The position numbers were made by a program, and so were the translations under genes. From Blepharisma stoltei ATCC 30299 (taxonomy: Eukaryota; Protista; Ciliophora): DNA of 64,000 bases. The notes under the pieces are model-generated. The model was not told where the DNA came from and did not search any database. It saw only the letters and a program-made list of their open reading frames with translations. Where the stretch lies: contig CBFDEM010000058.1 of NCBI GenBank assembly GCA_965603825.1, positions 372,001-436,000 on the forward strand, in the 5' to 3' direction. Below, piece after piece: positions 22,769-35,425 of this stretch. The number at the start of each line of letters is the position of its first letter. Position 1 is the stretch's first letter.

Positions 22769-24314
22769 ATGAAAAAGGCGTCATCAAAAGATCGAATTCA
22801 GCATTGGCTTGATTTTATCGATCCAAGCCAGACAGATTTAGCCTCCACACAGTGCAGTCAACAGATGCCAAGAGAAATTCTGCTTCAGGCCAAAGGGAAA
22901 GAATATGAAGTGAAAAAGCATATGGCTCGAGTTGAGAAAGAAAAAGAAGACAAGCTCTTAACCCCTTTTCATCCATTGACCAATGCTTCTTTCACCACTT
23001 CAAATGAGCTGTAATTTCTATACAGTTAGTGTTGAGAATAGACTACTTAAAGCAGGACAGATTTACTCTCAAAAATTGCAAGAAAAAAGGAAAGAAAAGT
23101 CTGAAAACGAAAGGAAAGAAGAAGAAAAGCTGAAAATAAAGCCAAGACCTGCATCAGCTGGAAGATCGCGAGAGAGACTTTATGGAATGCATAACTTATA
23201 CAAGCAAAAACAGATCCAAAGACAAATTGAAGAAGCAGAAAGAGTGAGATCAGAGCTCAAAGACCCAGAGCTATGCAAGCGATCGCTAGAAATAGCAGAG
23301 AAAAAAGATCGACCAAATAGAGTTGAAGACAGATTGATTGAGCAGGCAAATAAATCGGTTGAAATGCTTAATACCAAACGACTGATTTCGGAAATGGCCA
23401 GAAAATGGGCATCAAAGCCAACAATTTCTCCAATGGCAAGAAAGATTAAGAGAAGCGGAAATGTATCTGAGAGACTTTCCAAGTATAGCTTCATTTATGA
23501 GGACAATTTGAACAAGTTGAAAATGAAATATGAAGATAGCATTCCGCACCCAAAATCTCCATCAAAAATCGAAAAAAGAGAAGTTCCGCTTATGGACAGG
23601 CCGAAATCCCCAATTAAAGAGCCCGAAATTGATTTTCCATTCAAGCCACAACTTTGTAAAAGATCTCTCGAAATGGCTAAAAGTCTGGGAAAATCAACTG
23701 AAAGACTGCTAAGAGCGTCTCCATCCCCCACCAATTTTACAGACGATAAAGAATGCTCTTTCAGTCCACTTGTCAATAAGAACTCAGAGAAGTTAGACAG
23801 AAGACAAAAAACCAATGAGAACGGGGACAAAACTGAGAGATGAGAAGCACTCTATAACTTGCGAAACTTAAACTCAGAAAGAAGGAGAGAGCTAATAGAT
23901 GAAAGACTAGAAGAGGAAGGCCGGGATTGTGCTTTCCATCCTCTTGTCATGACTCCACAGAAGAAAGAGTTCAATCCTGAAAAGCTCTTAGAGAGACTGA
24001 ATGGGTGGGAAAGCATTAGAAAAGAGAAAATCCAAAGAACCAGAGAAGACGAAATTGAAGGAAGCATGAAAAAGTGCACTTTCCGTCCTGAAATTTGTGA
24101 CTCTCCTTATTCATCAAAAGAAATAAACTTCCCTACCGACAAAGGAGTCCAGAAGTACATTGAAAAGCAACTATCGGCAAGAAAAAGAAGCCTCGAAAGC
24201 ACCCCGAGAACTCCTGAAAAGAAACCAAAATCAGCTTACAAAGAACTAAGCGCGAACGACTTTTTATTGGCTTTACAGAAACTCCATGTTGACTTGTGTG
24301 AAAGCCAATTATAA
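22769..24314 (+). CDS. Hypothetical protein with repeated (C/P)xFxP motifs; junction near 23011 unresolved
   Basis: TPFHP, FPFKP, CSFSP, CAFHP and CTFRP repeats run across ORFs 22769, 22983 and 23859. TGA at 23841 reads as W. An intron-like sequence lies at 23011. Confidence 0.7.
23011..23025 (+). other. Probable tiny intron (15 nt; alternative acceptor at 23029 gives 19 nt)
   Basis: GTAATTTCTATACAG(TTAG) fits the local consensus, but 15-nt removal does not restore the frame. Confidence 0.6.
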
Positions 24315-24334
24315 TGTAAATAGTTTTATTAATA

Positions 24335-25324
24335 ATGGCTTACGAAATCTGCAGCGCTTTGGAACTTCCAGCATATCCTCAACTTTCATTAGAAAACGAA
24401 GGCGAGTTCATCGTTTTGCCTGTTGACCGAGCTGCTATGGAAATAGCTGGAAACAACCCACCTATTAAGTTGGCCAAGCAAATGTCAGAGCTTAATGAGT
24501 TTCTACAAAGTGTAGAGAACGTGGATTATATGACACTAGTTCATGATGGACGATCCTTAACTCAAGATCATCCTTTGGAAGTTGCTTTAAGACTAATGGT
24601 GCAGCCTTACATATTTAGCGAGTTAGAAAGTGGCAGAAAATGCGAAGCAGATGTGAATATTGGGATTTATGTTCCAAACTCGTATATATCTGAAAGAGGA
24701 ATTTGGGATTGCGAATATTTGAATCCACATAATGTTTTCGAAAAGCAAGCCCACTATGTTCTTGAGTCAGACAAAAAATGCTTTTCTCCAGTTCTGCTCA
24801 AATTTAGCACTTGTATCCCAATTCATGTATTTTATTCGCTAATCATTTATCATAGCGCAGAGATTAGAAAATTTGCAATTGCTAAGCACGTGCTCTTAAT
24901 TGATGATAAAAATGATCTTAGTCAAATAGCTGAAAGGGTCGCCATATCAGAAGACTCAGCATCAAAACAAAATGCCATGGACTCTTGTCATTGGGTTTTC
25001 GATAGATTTTCCCCTGATACCAGGAAGCCGTTCGAATCTGATTTGCTCACTCGGCTCTTCGCAGAAATTATTAATGATGGCAACAGATCTGAAGTCATAA
25101 GAGATTTCTGGCTAAACATTTTCTACTATCTGGTATGGGACCAAAGCGGAAAACCTCAAGGAGATTTCAATTTTGGAGAGCACCAATACTTGCAGCTGGC
25201 AGAGAACAGTCTTAATCAAGTCGAATATGATCATAAAAGCCGAATTAACTGGGCAACGGCTGCAGTTGCAAGCTTTGTAAAGCGACTTCATAGGGAACTC
25301 ACAAGTTGGATAGGAGAATTTTAA
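24335..25324 (+). CDS. Hypothetical globular protein
   Basis: 329 aa ATG-TAA ORF with no motif I recognise. Confidence 0.75.
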   Translation: MAYEICSALELPAYPQLSLENEGEFIVLPVDRAAMEIAGNNPPIKLAKQMSELNEFLQSVENVDYMTLVHDGRSLTQDHPLEVALRLMVQPYIFSELESGRKCEADVNIGIYVPNSYISERGIWDCEYLNPHNVFEKQAHYVLESDKKCFSPVLLKFSTCIPIHVFYSLIIYHSAEIRKFAIAKHVLLIDDKNDLSQIAERVAISEDSASKQNAMDSCHWVFDRFSPDTRKPFESDLLTRLFAEIINDGNRSEVIRDFWLNIFYYLVWDQSGKPQGDFNFGEHQYLQLAENSLNQVEYDHKSRINWATAAVASFVKRLHRELTSWIGEF

Positions 25325-25332
25325 ATAATGAA

Positions 25333-25836
25333 TTATTTTTTAACTATGGACCTTGTTTTCACTTTAAACGGACTTGTTCCTGCTGACTTCAAGAACTCTT
25401 CAGCAAAGAAAGTTTCGAAACATTTGTTCTTGGATCTGTTGTGCCAGTCAGTTTGGGTCCTTGGCCTCATAATGACTGGATGATTATACCATCCTATTTC
25501 TTGGGAACTTGTTTGAGGGCCTCTATATTTTTGGCCTGGAGTCATGATTCCCCTATTGATGGTTCTTTTTAAATAGTCAGATGAAAAGGCTTCTTCAGTG
25601 GGGTCTCGATAAATAGTAGGAACATAGCGCTCGTTCCCTAAGACAGTTGGGTCAACTTGGTTGGGCTTTGCAGTGACAGTAGTCATGTGATAAGGATTTA
25701 TTCTGTACTTGCCAGAAAATCGCTCATATCTTTGGTTTCATTCTAGGTACTCTCGATGAATGATCATTTTGTGAACTTCGTTTGTGGGATCGATTACTTG
25801 TTGTTTGGGCTTCGGTTTCGCGTTGGCCTTGGACAT
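25333..25836 (-). CDS. FAM183/CFAP144-like ciliary protein
   Basis: Extends upstream through a TGA to ATG 25836; YRINP...KYRGPQTSSQEIGW motif. Confidence 0.7.
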
Positions 25837-26034
25837 TTACAAAATTTATGTTATTTCAGAGCAACGAAAACATGAAAAAATTCAGATTATAGGGGTTGAA
25901 CACTTAAGGTAGATCATTAAGAAACTATAACTATTTAGCTTATTGAGCATTTAAAAATTCATTCCTAATAATATCTATTAAATGACTATGAAATATACAA
26001 AACCGTTAAAATATCAATATAAATATTTCAAAGA

Positions 26035-28149
26035 CTAATCTATGATAGACGCTACATACTTTTGAAACCGAGAAGCATATATTTTTGGATGTACTGAAGA
26101 TACTGCAGACTGTCCAAAAATGCTTCCTTTCACAAGATTCTCAAACTTTTTCTTTGGAGTATAAAGAGTTAATATGTCAATCAACCCAATAAAATACAAT
26201 TCTTCTCCGTCATTCGAAATCAATCCTCCTCCATTTCTCTGTGCAAATGACATCGACTCAGCCTCTGGTTCAATATTTTCCCTCAATCTGTGAAATCCCA
26301 CTAGCAGAGAATAATCCATGATATTCATGTTAAGGAAAAACTTAACATCATTTTGAATTATCTCTAAAAATCGCTGCCTCTTTTCAGGGCCTAATTTTAT
26401 TCTCAGCCCTGAATTATTAAAATCGTTATCTTTTCTTGCAATATTTGGATCTTCGCTAGGATTTGTTGATCGCGAAAAAGTGGAGCCTTTCAAATCGAAT
26501 TTTAAGTTAATTTGATATTTCCTAGGAAATGTGTTTTTCATGACTAAGAAATACCGCTTAATATGATTTCCGTCTTTTATAAGGTAAATTTTGTGAAATC
26601 CATAAAATCGAGGCAGCAAGGAATCAGGATTTTTTAATAGATGGGAGTAGTAATCAGCCAAAATATTTCGGAAAAGAGCATACTCATCATACGGTATGGT
26701 CTTCAAAATGAATTTACCATCATCGCTAAAGTAAAATAGGCTACCACTTCTTCCGCAAGTCATCAAGCCTATCATCGATGAGAGCTCACTATTTATTAAA
26801 TTTCTCATTATTTTCTCAAGTCCTAGAGAATCTGTGTATTCTTCATCATCAATTTTGTCTCTGGTTCTGATTCGTTTAAATATCCCTGGAGCATAATCAG
26901 AAAACTTGCAGCTTTCAAATTCAGAAGTTTCATGGGAGAGCGTAAAAACTGACTTGGAAGCACATTCTTTAGCTAAAGGCACTGTGAAGTCATACGATAA
27001 ATCTTCTACTGCCTTAACAGCTTTTTGGATTCCAAGCATCATATTTAAAATCAAGTTTCAGTCATCATCTCCTCACTGGATGCATTTAATTTTGCTCGGA
27101 GAACTAATCATCCGGGAGGCATTTTCGTTTGAGGACTCTTTTATGTCGCTAATTTTTTTAGCTAGTACTCGTAGAGAGTCAGCAATAGCCTTTTGCTTTG
27201 CTTGGTAGTCAGAGCTTTCACTGAATAGTGTGTCTGTGGTTTTTGTATGCTTTGTGCTCCTGTTGGAGTCTTCCAGCATGAATGGGATTTCTGAGTCAGA
27301 GTCGCTAAAAAACGAAGGATCATCATTGTCTCCGCTGTGCTTTAACTCTTGAATTGAATTGAATTGTGGCCCTCTCTCAGGACTCACAGTTGAAATCGAT
27401 GATAAATTTAGCCTTGGCATCGATAAATCTTGATACGAAATCAATAATTCTTTGTCTTGTGAAGGTGATTCTAATATTTCTAAACAAGTGTTGATTTCAT
27501 GCTCAACTGAATCTAACCTACTCCTCCAGGGCTTTTTGATTTCGCTCCTGCTCAGTGAGTTATCAGATTTCTTGACAACATCAATTCAGTCAAATAGCGG
27601 ACAATCAGACCCAAAGCTCTGCTTATACTCCTTAAAATCAATAACTCCATCTCTCTTTGTATCAATCATGTCAAAATACTCCCTTACATCATCTTCTGAG
27701 CTTTCGATTTTATTCTCCGACATGGAATTGAATACTTTTCTAATCCCTCGAATTCAGCTTGAGAAATCGTCATAAGAGATGAACCTTTTATCTTTTTGCG
27801 CAATAAGTCTAAATGACTGGAGAAGTTTTTCTTCTCGGGTCCCGTTGATTAGTACATCCATATAATCCAAAAAATCAGTGAAATTAACTAATCCTTTGTT
27901 TGATTTGTCCATAAGTCTAAATATTCGGTCTGCGAGCACACTATTGGATCTTAGCCCAAATAAGCCCATGTGTTCTCTAAAAAGAGCTAGGTTTATTGTG
28001 CTGCCCTTTGACATTCGTTGGAATCTGTTAAGATATAGTAGCAAATCGTTTGTGGAGAAACGATATCTCTGTGAAAGCACATATAAGTTAGGCTGGCCAA
28101 ATTTATCTTCTTTATGATGGGTCTTTTTGTTTTGGGAACAGCAAAACAT
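26035..28149 (-). CDS. EF-hand + PIP5K fusion, paralog 2
   Basis: MFCCS start and EF-hands; ORFs 27754, 27073 and 26035 are co-frame via TGA (Q*GDDD*NLILNMMLGIQ). Motifs GRSGSLFYFSDD, FDLKGS, MDYSLLVG, GLIDIL. Confidence 0.9.
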
Positions 28150-28198
28150 ATTTATTAGAACCTTTGCTCAATAATTTGCAAAATGGATTATTTTACAG

Positions 28199-30343
28199 CT
28201 ATTTAAATATTGGATTAGGCAAATTGGATGGAGTATTTAAATAATCAATATATTCTTGGTAATCTGGAATTTGTCCTATTCTGTCTTCTGTCAGCATGGA
28301 TCTAAGCAGTCAGTCATTTGAAGCACCTTCAAAAAATAAGGTAATTGGTATATCTCTATTCATATTTCCTGCTTGTATTAGAGAAATTATATTGTGGAGC
28401 TTCCTTGATTCAGGAGTTTCTAATGGTGCAAGCTCTCAAGTGTCAGCGTTTTCTTTTAGCTCTTCTAGTCCTATGCCAAAAAGATTTTGGATAATAAAAG
28501 GCTCTACATTACTTCCAATAAAAATGAGGATGATTTCCCCATTAAAAAATAGGATAACTGATGTCGTTGATAATGAATCTATAGATCTTGGGGATTTGAA
28601 ATCAAAGTCTCCAAAATCACTTATATTAGCACATGAAGGGTAGATCATAAATCGAGTCTGGATAACTGATAAGCCCTTTATGTTATGAGCTCAAGCTAAG
28701 AGCAGATTTGCAGATATATTTCTAAACGTATAAGTAAATGGGGGTAATTTCATAGCAGAATTTATAAAGAGAGGCAAATACTTCAATTTATTTGGAAGCA
28801 GCATACCTGGCACATCCTTGGACTTGTAAAAAGTTCTATGCAAATTAATTGCTTTCACAAGCAAATTTGTAAAGCAGTCAATGATTTTGTTTGAAGTTTT
28901 CTCAAGGGCTTTAAGCGAGTATTTTTTAAGTCACACATGTATGCAAGCATCAGTATCGGAATTAAGCAGTGCATAATATACACTCTTTGTAGGAACTATT
29001 AAGGAATTGCTGACTCTCATTATTCTTTGGCCTGATCTGTCGTTATAGGTTAGAACACATTGAATGTATTCAGTATGGGTTAGTGTTTCATTCTGGGTAA
29101 AAAATATCACAAAAGTTTTATCACAATCTATAGCAGAAATTTTCAATTCAGCATTGCTTATCTGCTTTCTTCATTTTCCAATTATCTTTTTAATTTTAAG
29201 CCCTTTGCTGTAGAAAATTTGGATGCTGGCCTGAAATCCTTGGTTTCTTAATAATGATCTAGCAAGTTTATAGTAAAGAATTGTTGCTACATTTTTATCA
29301 TAGTGTGGGTAAAAATAAAAATCTCCTCCAGTTGCTTCACACAAATCACAAAAAGATTTAACATTAGATACTTCTGATTCAACCAAATAAATATCTATGC
29401 AAACACTTTTCATAATATAATCATTAGCAATTATTTCGAAATTAATGCTTGGATTAATACTCATTTTGTTGCAAATGGATAAAATCATTCTGCCTCCTGA
29501 ATTCTTAAAATAGCTGTTTTGCAAAATTTTGAGCAATATATCAATTGGTATCATTTTACTTGATTCTTCTTCTAATGGACTGCTCGATAAAATAAAATCA
29601 ATAAGTGAGAAAATTTCAGACTTCTGAGATAATAGATTAAATGTTAACAATGATAGAGGCTCAGGCATGAATAAGTCCTCTCAATCATTAACAACTATTT
29701 CTGTGTAATTATTTGTGCCTTTTTTGTAATAATATACGGCTGAATGAAAAACTAGTATCCCAATCGATGTTTTATCAGGAAACTGCATATAATCTAACAA
29801 ACATTTGATAGAAAGTAAGACATGCTGAAACATTCCATTTTCAAACGATTCTTTTGTTCTCTCCAAGCAAAAGAAAAAAACAGGGTTCTCATCATTAATC
29901 GAATTACCACTTAAACAATATTCATAAGTACCAAGCGATTTTTCAGGGATTGAATTAATATATTCGCTAGGAAGCCTTTGTTTTGTCTTGCAAACTCCAC
30001 ACAGCCAGTAATCATACTCAAAACACATAAAAGGACTCAAATAAGCCAAGCACTTCGCACATCGATAAGGTTCTCTTTCAATAAGAGGTATTTTTGAGTC
30101 ATTTGGCTGCTGCTCAGCTAAAGGCTGATAAATTAATGCGAGAGGTATTCCTAAAGATTTTTGCAAAGATTTTTTAGAAGCACACATAGTTGAAGTAAAC
30201 CTCATTATTCGAGGGCTAGAGACTTTATTTTCATTAACAGTATAAAGAGAATCCACAGAAGGAGGAAGAGACCCATCTGAAATAAAAAGACCTAGATTTT
30301 TAAAATCGTTTGGCCTTGGTAATGATCTGCTTTCAGTACGCAT
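28199..30343 (-). CDS. Divergent Sec24-like (Sec23/24 family) COPII protein
   Basis: SSPRIMRFT, IPLALIYQPLA, zinc finger RCAKCLAYLSPF...WLCGVC, vWA-like ATGGDFYFY, GQRIMRV, LKYLPL and MLTEDR. Single frame through several TGA codons to TAG at 28199. Confidence 0.85.
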
Positions 30344-30668
30344 TTTATAATGCTCTTATTTTATAGTGAGTGTCAACATTAAATAAAATCCTTTTCTTCT
30401 TTCTGTAAATGCATATAATAAACCCTATATTGATTATTTTAATAAGTTTTTAAACCTTTCAAAACATTTATGCAAAAATAATTTTACAAATAATTGAATA
30501 CTTTACAATTTTGAATAAAAAGTCTAAATTAATACAAAATTGGTGCGATTATCAAACTGCTTAATTTCTTTGCAAAGAGGATATAAAAAGGACAGATTTA
30601 AGCTATACAGCCTTTAGCGCTAAACTTAGTTTATACTATGAATTATGTTGTTGCATTAATTTATTGGG

Positions 30669-31802
30669 ATGCTAGTTTTCCTCTTTATCCTTGCTTTCGC
30701 GCAAGCCAGCATTGTATCAGTTGTAATATCTTTTAGGCACGGTGGAAGAGCTCCAGTTTATAAATTCAGTTGGGATACAGGAGTTTGGCCTCAAGGGTTA
30801 GGACAACTAACTCCTTCAGGCATGAGACAGCATTACTTAAACGGAAGAGAATTCAGGTACAAATACATAACTCAGAACGCAGTGATAAACCCTGTTTATT
30901 TGGAAGAACAAGTCTACGTAAGGTCCACTGATTACAACCGCACGATCCAGAGTGTGGAAAGTATGCTCTCAGGGCTCTTTCCAATAGGGCCTCAAATCGC
31001 AAGCCAGAATTTGGCAGCTAAAGCTGTTCCTCCTTTAATTGTCTCAAACTTGGACAATATCCAAGCACAACTTGGATTAAATGCCCTCCCTAATAAATTC
31101 CAAACAGTTCCTATTCATGTTGTTGCCAGTCCTTATGACTACATGCTTGCTGGCTATAGTTCCACAACTTGCGCAAGAATTGGACAAATAGCTAATGAAA
31201 TAGCCCAGCAGAATGAATATCAAGATGCATTGAACGAGTATAAATCTGGCTTACAAAAACAAATTCAGGAGCTTTGGGGAACAAGTCCTAGTTTTTCAGA
31301 AGCAGGATGGATGGGAGATACAATAACAGCAGAACTTTTCGAGGATTTTCCAATGCCGAATGGTGTATCAACTCAGATGTATTACGAACTAGCAGGCGCT
31401 TATAACTACACTGCAACTTACTATTATAATAAAGAAGTTTCTTCGCTTGCTGGCTCAGAGTTTTTTGAAGCAGTTTTGTATCAGTTCAATTCTACTATTA
31501 ACAATACAGACACTGTCAGGCTGGGACTCTATTCTGCACATGATACAACAATTGCAGCATTTTTGTCATTCATGGGGATGTTCAGTGGGAAAAATCCAGT
31601 TTTTGCTTCAACTTTGATTTTTGAGCTGCATGAAGTGACTGGCGCTTATTTTGTGCAGATTATTTATAACGATCAAGTTATGACTCTTAATGGGTGTCAA
31701 GAGATGTGCCCATTTGACACGTTTTATACATTAATTGCAGAAAACATTGTCGATGATGTTGAAGAGGCCTGCCAATTGAAAAGTACAACTATATTTCAAT
31801 AA
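30669..31802 (+). CDS. Secreted/lysosomal histidine acid phosphatase
   Basis: Signal peptide, RHGGRAP, RSTDYNRT and SAHDTT. Confidence 0.93.
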   Translation: MLVFLFILAFAQASIVSVVISFRHGGRAPVYKFSWDTGVWPQGLGQLTPSGMRQHYLNGREFRYKYITQNAVINPVYLEEQVYVRSTDYNRTIQSVESMLSGLFPIGPQIASQNLAAKAVPPLIVSNLDNIQAQLGLNALPNKFQTVPIHVVASPYDYMLAGYSSTTCARIGQIANEIAQQNEYQDALNEYKSGLQKQIQELWGTSPSFSEAGWMGDTITAELFEDFPMPNGVSTQMYYELAGAYNYTATYYYNKEVSSLAGSEFFEAVLYQFNSTINNTDTVRLGLYSAHDTTIAAFLSFMGMFSGKNPVFASTLIFELHEVTGAYFVQIIYNDQVMTLNGCQEMCPFDTFYTLIAENIVDDVEEACQLKSTTIFQ

Positions 31803-31847
31803 TTAACTTATTGAGAGTAATAAACTACTAGTAATTTAGAGAGGGGT

Positions 31848-32825
31848 TTAATAGCCTTTAACTTTATCCACAACTGATGAAAAGGGTTGTCCACTTAAAA
31901 AATTTTTGAGATGGCCTTCAAAACATCCTATGCATAGATCTGCTAAATCTTCCACCATATCTGCATTATGAGGCGATATTATCAAATTTTTCGCTGTTCA
32001 TAAAGGAGAACTTTCAGGTAAGGGCTCTACCTTAAAAACATCTAAAGCTGCCCCAGCAATGAGTTCGTTGTTTAAAGCTTCAGCGAGATCATCTTCGTTA
32101 ATGCTGCTTCCTCTTCCAACGTTTACTAAAGCAGCAGATCGCTTCATTAATGAGAATTGAGGTGCGCTCATTAAGTTGTAAGTAGTAGGATGATTTGGCA
32201 TGGCCATAACTAAGAAATCAGCAGATGGAAGGACTTCGTTCAGCTTTGATGTATCAACAATTTCGTCAGCTATACCATCAGGTTCTGTAGCAGTTCGCTT
32301 TACCCCTATTACTCTCATCCCAAAGTTTTTACCGATTCTTGCTACAGATTTTCCAATGGATCCATAGCCTAACACTACTAATGTTGATTGATAAAGAGTT
32401 GGCATTAAAAATACTTGGTAATTTTTGCTTTGTTTTTGCTGCTCAAGTTGCTGGAATTTTTTATTAAAAAAGAGCATCGCTGCTAAGCAGTATTCAGCTA
32501 ATGAATCATTATACGCTCCCCTTGCATTAGTTAATGGGACAGGAGATGCTTTGAAATATTCTGTCATATAAGCATCAACTCCAGCTGTAAATGAGTGGAC
32601 CCACTTTATAGGGTTATTACTTAAAGCTTCGTCAAATTCATCTGGGCTTCGAAATTGGACTGCTAATATATCTGTTCTTCTTCAATGATCTGAATTGCGA
32701 TATTCCTCCATATCACTAAAGCATTTGAAGTCTAACTGAGGGTACTTTGCAGCAAGAGTGCTATTAAGAAATATATGAGTATATACTTTTGACACAAGGA
32801 TAGAAACCACGTAATTTTTCTCCAT
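31848..32825 (-). CDS. D-isomer-specific 2-hydroxyacid dehydrogenase, paralog 1
   Basis: KWVHSFTAGVD, GYGSIG, NVGRG, LDVFKVEPL, SPL*TAKNLIISPH (TGA=W), ending VDKVKGY. Confidence 0.92.
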
Positions 32826-32932
32826 GATAATTATTTTAGAAGTTATTTATTTGTGATGAATAGCAATAAAATGAATTACCATTACTTTATAATTAATAAG
32901 TGATATTTAAAGATCTGGGAAGATAATTTCTC

Positions 32933-33051
32933 GTTGTCGGCCATACTATGCCTAACGCACCAGATCCCATCCGAACTCTGAAGTTAAGCGGCATAAGGCG
33001 AGGTTAGTACTTGGGTGGGGGACCGCCAGGGAAGCCCTCGTGCTGACAGCT
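32933..33051 (+). rRNA. 5S rRNA, copy 1
   Basis: 119 nt GTTGTCGGCCATAC...GATCCCATCCGAAC...GAAGTTAAGC...AGTACT...GCTGACAGCT with paired ends, followed by a T-run. Confidence 0.96.
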
Positions 33052-33169
33052 AAACATTTTATTTTTGCATGCTCACTATGCTAAATATAATTCCTAGACT
33101 TTCATATGAATTGAAATTATGCTAATTATTGAAGTATTTTAGCTCACTATTTATAAACAGTTACTCAAT

Positions 33170-34453
33170 ATGACACTTAGGAAACCAAAAATCGATGAAT
33201 GAGGAGTTATTTTAGAAAAGCAGCTGGAACTCAATAAAATTCATGAAATTGATGAAAAAGCAAGACAAGCCCATGAAAAGGAATTTCTGCGAAGAGAGCT
33301 GGATTATCAACAATCCCTTAAGGAAGCTCAAAAAAGACAAAAATTGAACTTGATTGCTAAGGACTATGAAGATGTCCAAGAAAGAACAAATTGGTTTAGG
33401 AGGCAGGATTTAATTAAACGAGAACAAGAACGCATGCAAAAAAGCGAAATCGCTGAAAATTTATTAAACCATCATTCCTTTATTAAGCAACGTGAAGCAG
33501 AAGAACGTAAGCAAAAGTATCTCGAAGAATTAGAGCAGGCTAAAATAGCCAGGCAGAATATTGAAATTGATGAACAAAGAAAAATTGCCCAAAAAATCCA
33601 ACTAAATAGGGAGCAGCAAATGATTCGGCAGCTACAAGAGGAGCAAGCCAAGGAAAGGAAACAAATTGATATGAATGAGAAGCAGCGTGAGATGGAGCTA
33701 ATAATGCAGAGAAAAGAAAGAGACGATAAAAGAGAAAGAGAATACAAGCAGCACTATCAACATATATATGAAGATCAACTCAATAAAGCAATACGATTTT
33801 CCTCAGTCATTGCAAAAGAAATGCAAAAAGACAGTCAAATTGATAATTGAATTGAGAAAGGCGTTGAAAACTATCAGCAAAAATTAGCTGAAAAAGAAGC
33901 CTATGAAAGAGAAGTAAAAGAAAGAAACGCAAAAGCAGTGAAAGATATGCTGAGAAATCAAATTGAACAAAAGGAGTCGCAAAAACGAAAAGAGATGGAA
34001 GAATACAGAAAAGAGCAGGAAGAACTCAACAAAAGAGTCGAATTCAGCAGAATGCTGGAAGAAGAAAGAGAGCGCCAAAAGTTCATGCAGAAGCAGGATT
34101 ATGTAGATCAATTGCTTAGACAGACTAAGGCTGAAGAAGATTCAAAAGCCTACACTTTCAAGCTTTCAGACCATGAAAAGCTGTTAAATAAAAATTTGCT
34201 TGATGAAGCAATTCTTAGCAGGAGGTTCAAAAGAGGAGCTGATGAAATTGTGAAAGGGCGATCTCCTTCGCAGTCATTAGAAGAAACCAATCCCAGAAAA
34301 ATCCTTGCATATGAGTACAATGCGCCTATAATTGGTGAAACTCAGAGCTTAAGACACAGAGGAAACAATTATAAAAGGATAAACCCAATTACTGGGATTG
34401 AATATGGATATGAACTCCCTAAATCCTCGTTAAACAACTCATTACTGTGGTAA
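33170..34453 (+). CDS. Coiled-coil E/Q/K/R-rich protein
   Basis: ATG 33170 is co-frame with ORFs 33344 and 33938 via TGA (IDE*GVIL, IDN*IEK); C-terminal NPITG motif. Confidence 0.8.
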
Positions 34454-34501
34454 TCATAAAGAAAATAAATGCTTTTCTGCTTATAATTATTAATTAAAAA
34501 A

Positions 34502-35425
34502 TTACACATTTAAAGGATGCTTAAAAGCAACCACAATAACTGTCATATTGTCCGACCCCTGAGCTTTCACAGCCTGATGAAAACAATTGTCCAGCAAATC
34601 TTCAGCCACATCGCCAATTGGCTTCTTCTTTTTCAGCTTCTTATCCACAAACTCTACAGCTTCTTGTGAAGTCATCAGATCCCAAACACCGTCACATGCA
34701 AGCAGAATAAAATGATCCTGCTTCGTTAAAGTGACTTCAGTAATATCAGGAACGGAAATAATCATTTGTTTATCGTGAGGCAAATCAGCGTTTGCCTTAA
34801 AATCGAGATCCCCGATAGATCTGCTCAAATTTAGATTTCCCATTACTCTTCCATCGAGAACTGTACCTCCAGCATTGATGATCCTTTCATGCTCTTCTGG
34901 CAGCTCAGGCTTATGATCAACAGTCATTTCAATTGCTTTTCCTTTGCGACTTAGGATGCAGCGACTGTCTCCTGCGTTGGCGACATATAATTTGTCATCA
35001 CGAATTAAAGCTACAACTGCTGTGCAGCCTGACATGATCGGATCAATTTTGTCGATTGGGTAACCATTTGGGATTCCTTTAGAGATCATATGCAACTCTT
35101 TTTGACCTTCAGGAGTGCGAAGTAGGTCGTCCATTCTTATAAACGTTTTTTCGAGGGCGTCACGAATTCGGCCTTTATTGTAAGCTTTGGTTTTTTTAAT
35201 TTCTGTACAAAAATGCTTTGCAACGAATTCAGAGACTTCGTGACCGCGGTGACCATCAAAGACACCGAAGACTGAGGTACGCTGATCTAATAATAAATTC
35301 ATGAGGCGGGAGTCTTGCATTGAATTTCGAAATCCTTGAGTATCAGCAGCTCCGAATTTCATTCTAGGACTTTCACCTACGTTGGAATGCTTGGCTTTCT
35401 TTGGAAGAGAGTGCTTTTGTCCCAT
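34502..35425 (-). CDS. Protein phosphatase 2C (PPM family)
   Basis: FGVFDGH, VANAGDSR, DHKP, LNLSRSIGD, LACDGVWD and SDNMT. Confidence 0.95.
   Translation of the reverse strand: MGQKHSLPKKAKHSNVGESPRMKFGAADTQGFRNSMQDSRLMNLLLDQRTSVFGVFDGHRGHEVSEFVAKHFCTEIKKTKAYNKGRIRDALEKTFIRMDDLLRTPEGQKELHMISKGIPNGYPIDKIDPIMSGCTAVVALIRDDKLYVANAGDSRCILSRKGKAIEMTVDHKPELPEEHERIINAGGTVLDGRVMGNLNLSRSIGDLDFKANADLPHDKQMIISVPDITEVTLTKQDHFILLACDGVWDLMTSQEAVEFVDKKLKKKKPIGDVAEDLLDNCFHQAVKAQGSDNMTVIVVAFKHPLNV

Noticed and set aside
28370-28440. Suspected frameshift near the Sec24-like C-terminus
   Set aside because: On re-reading, the frame is continuous (LHNIISLIQAG) to TAG at 28199.
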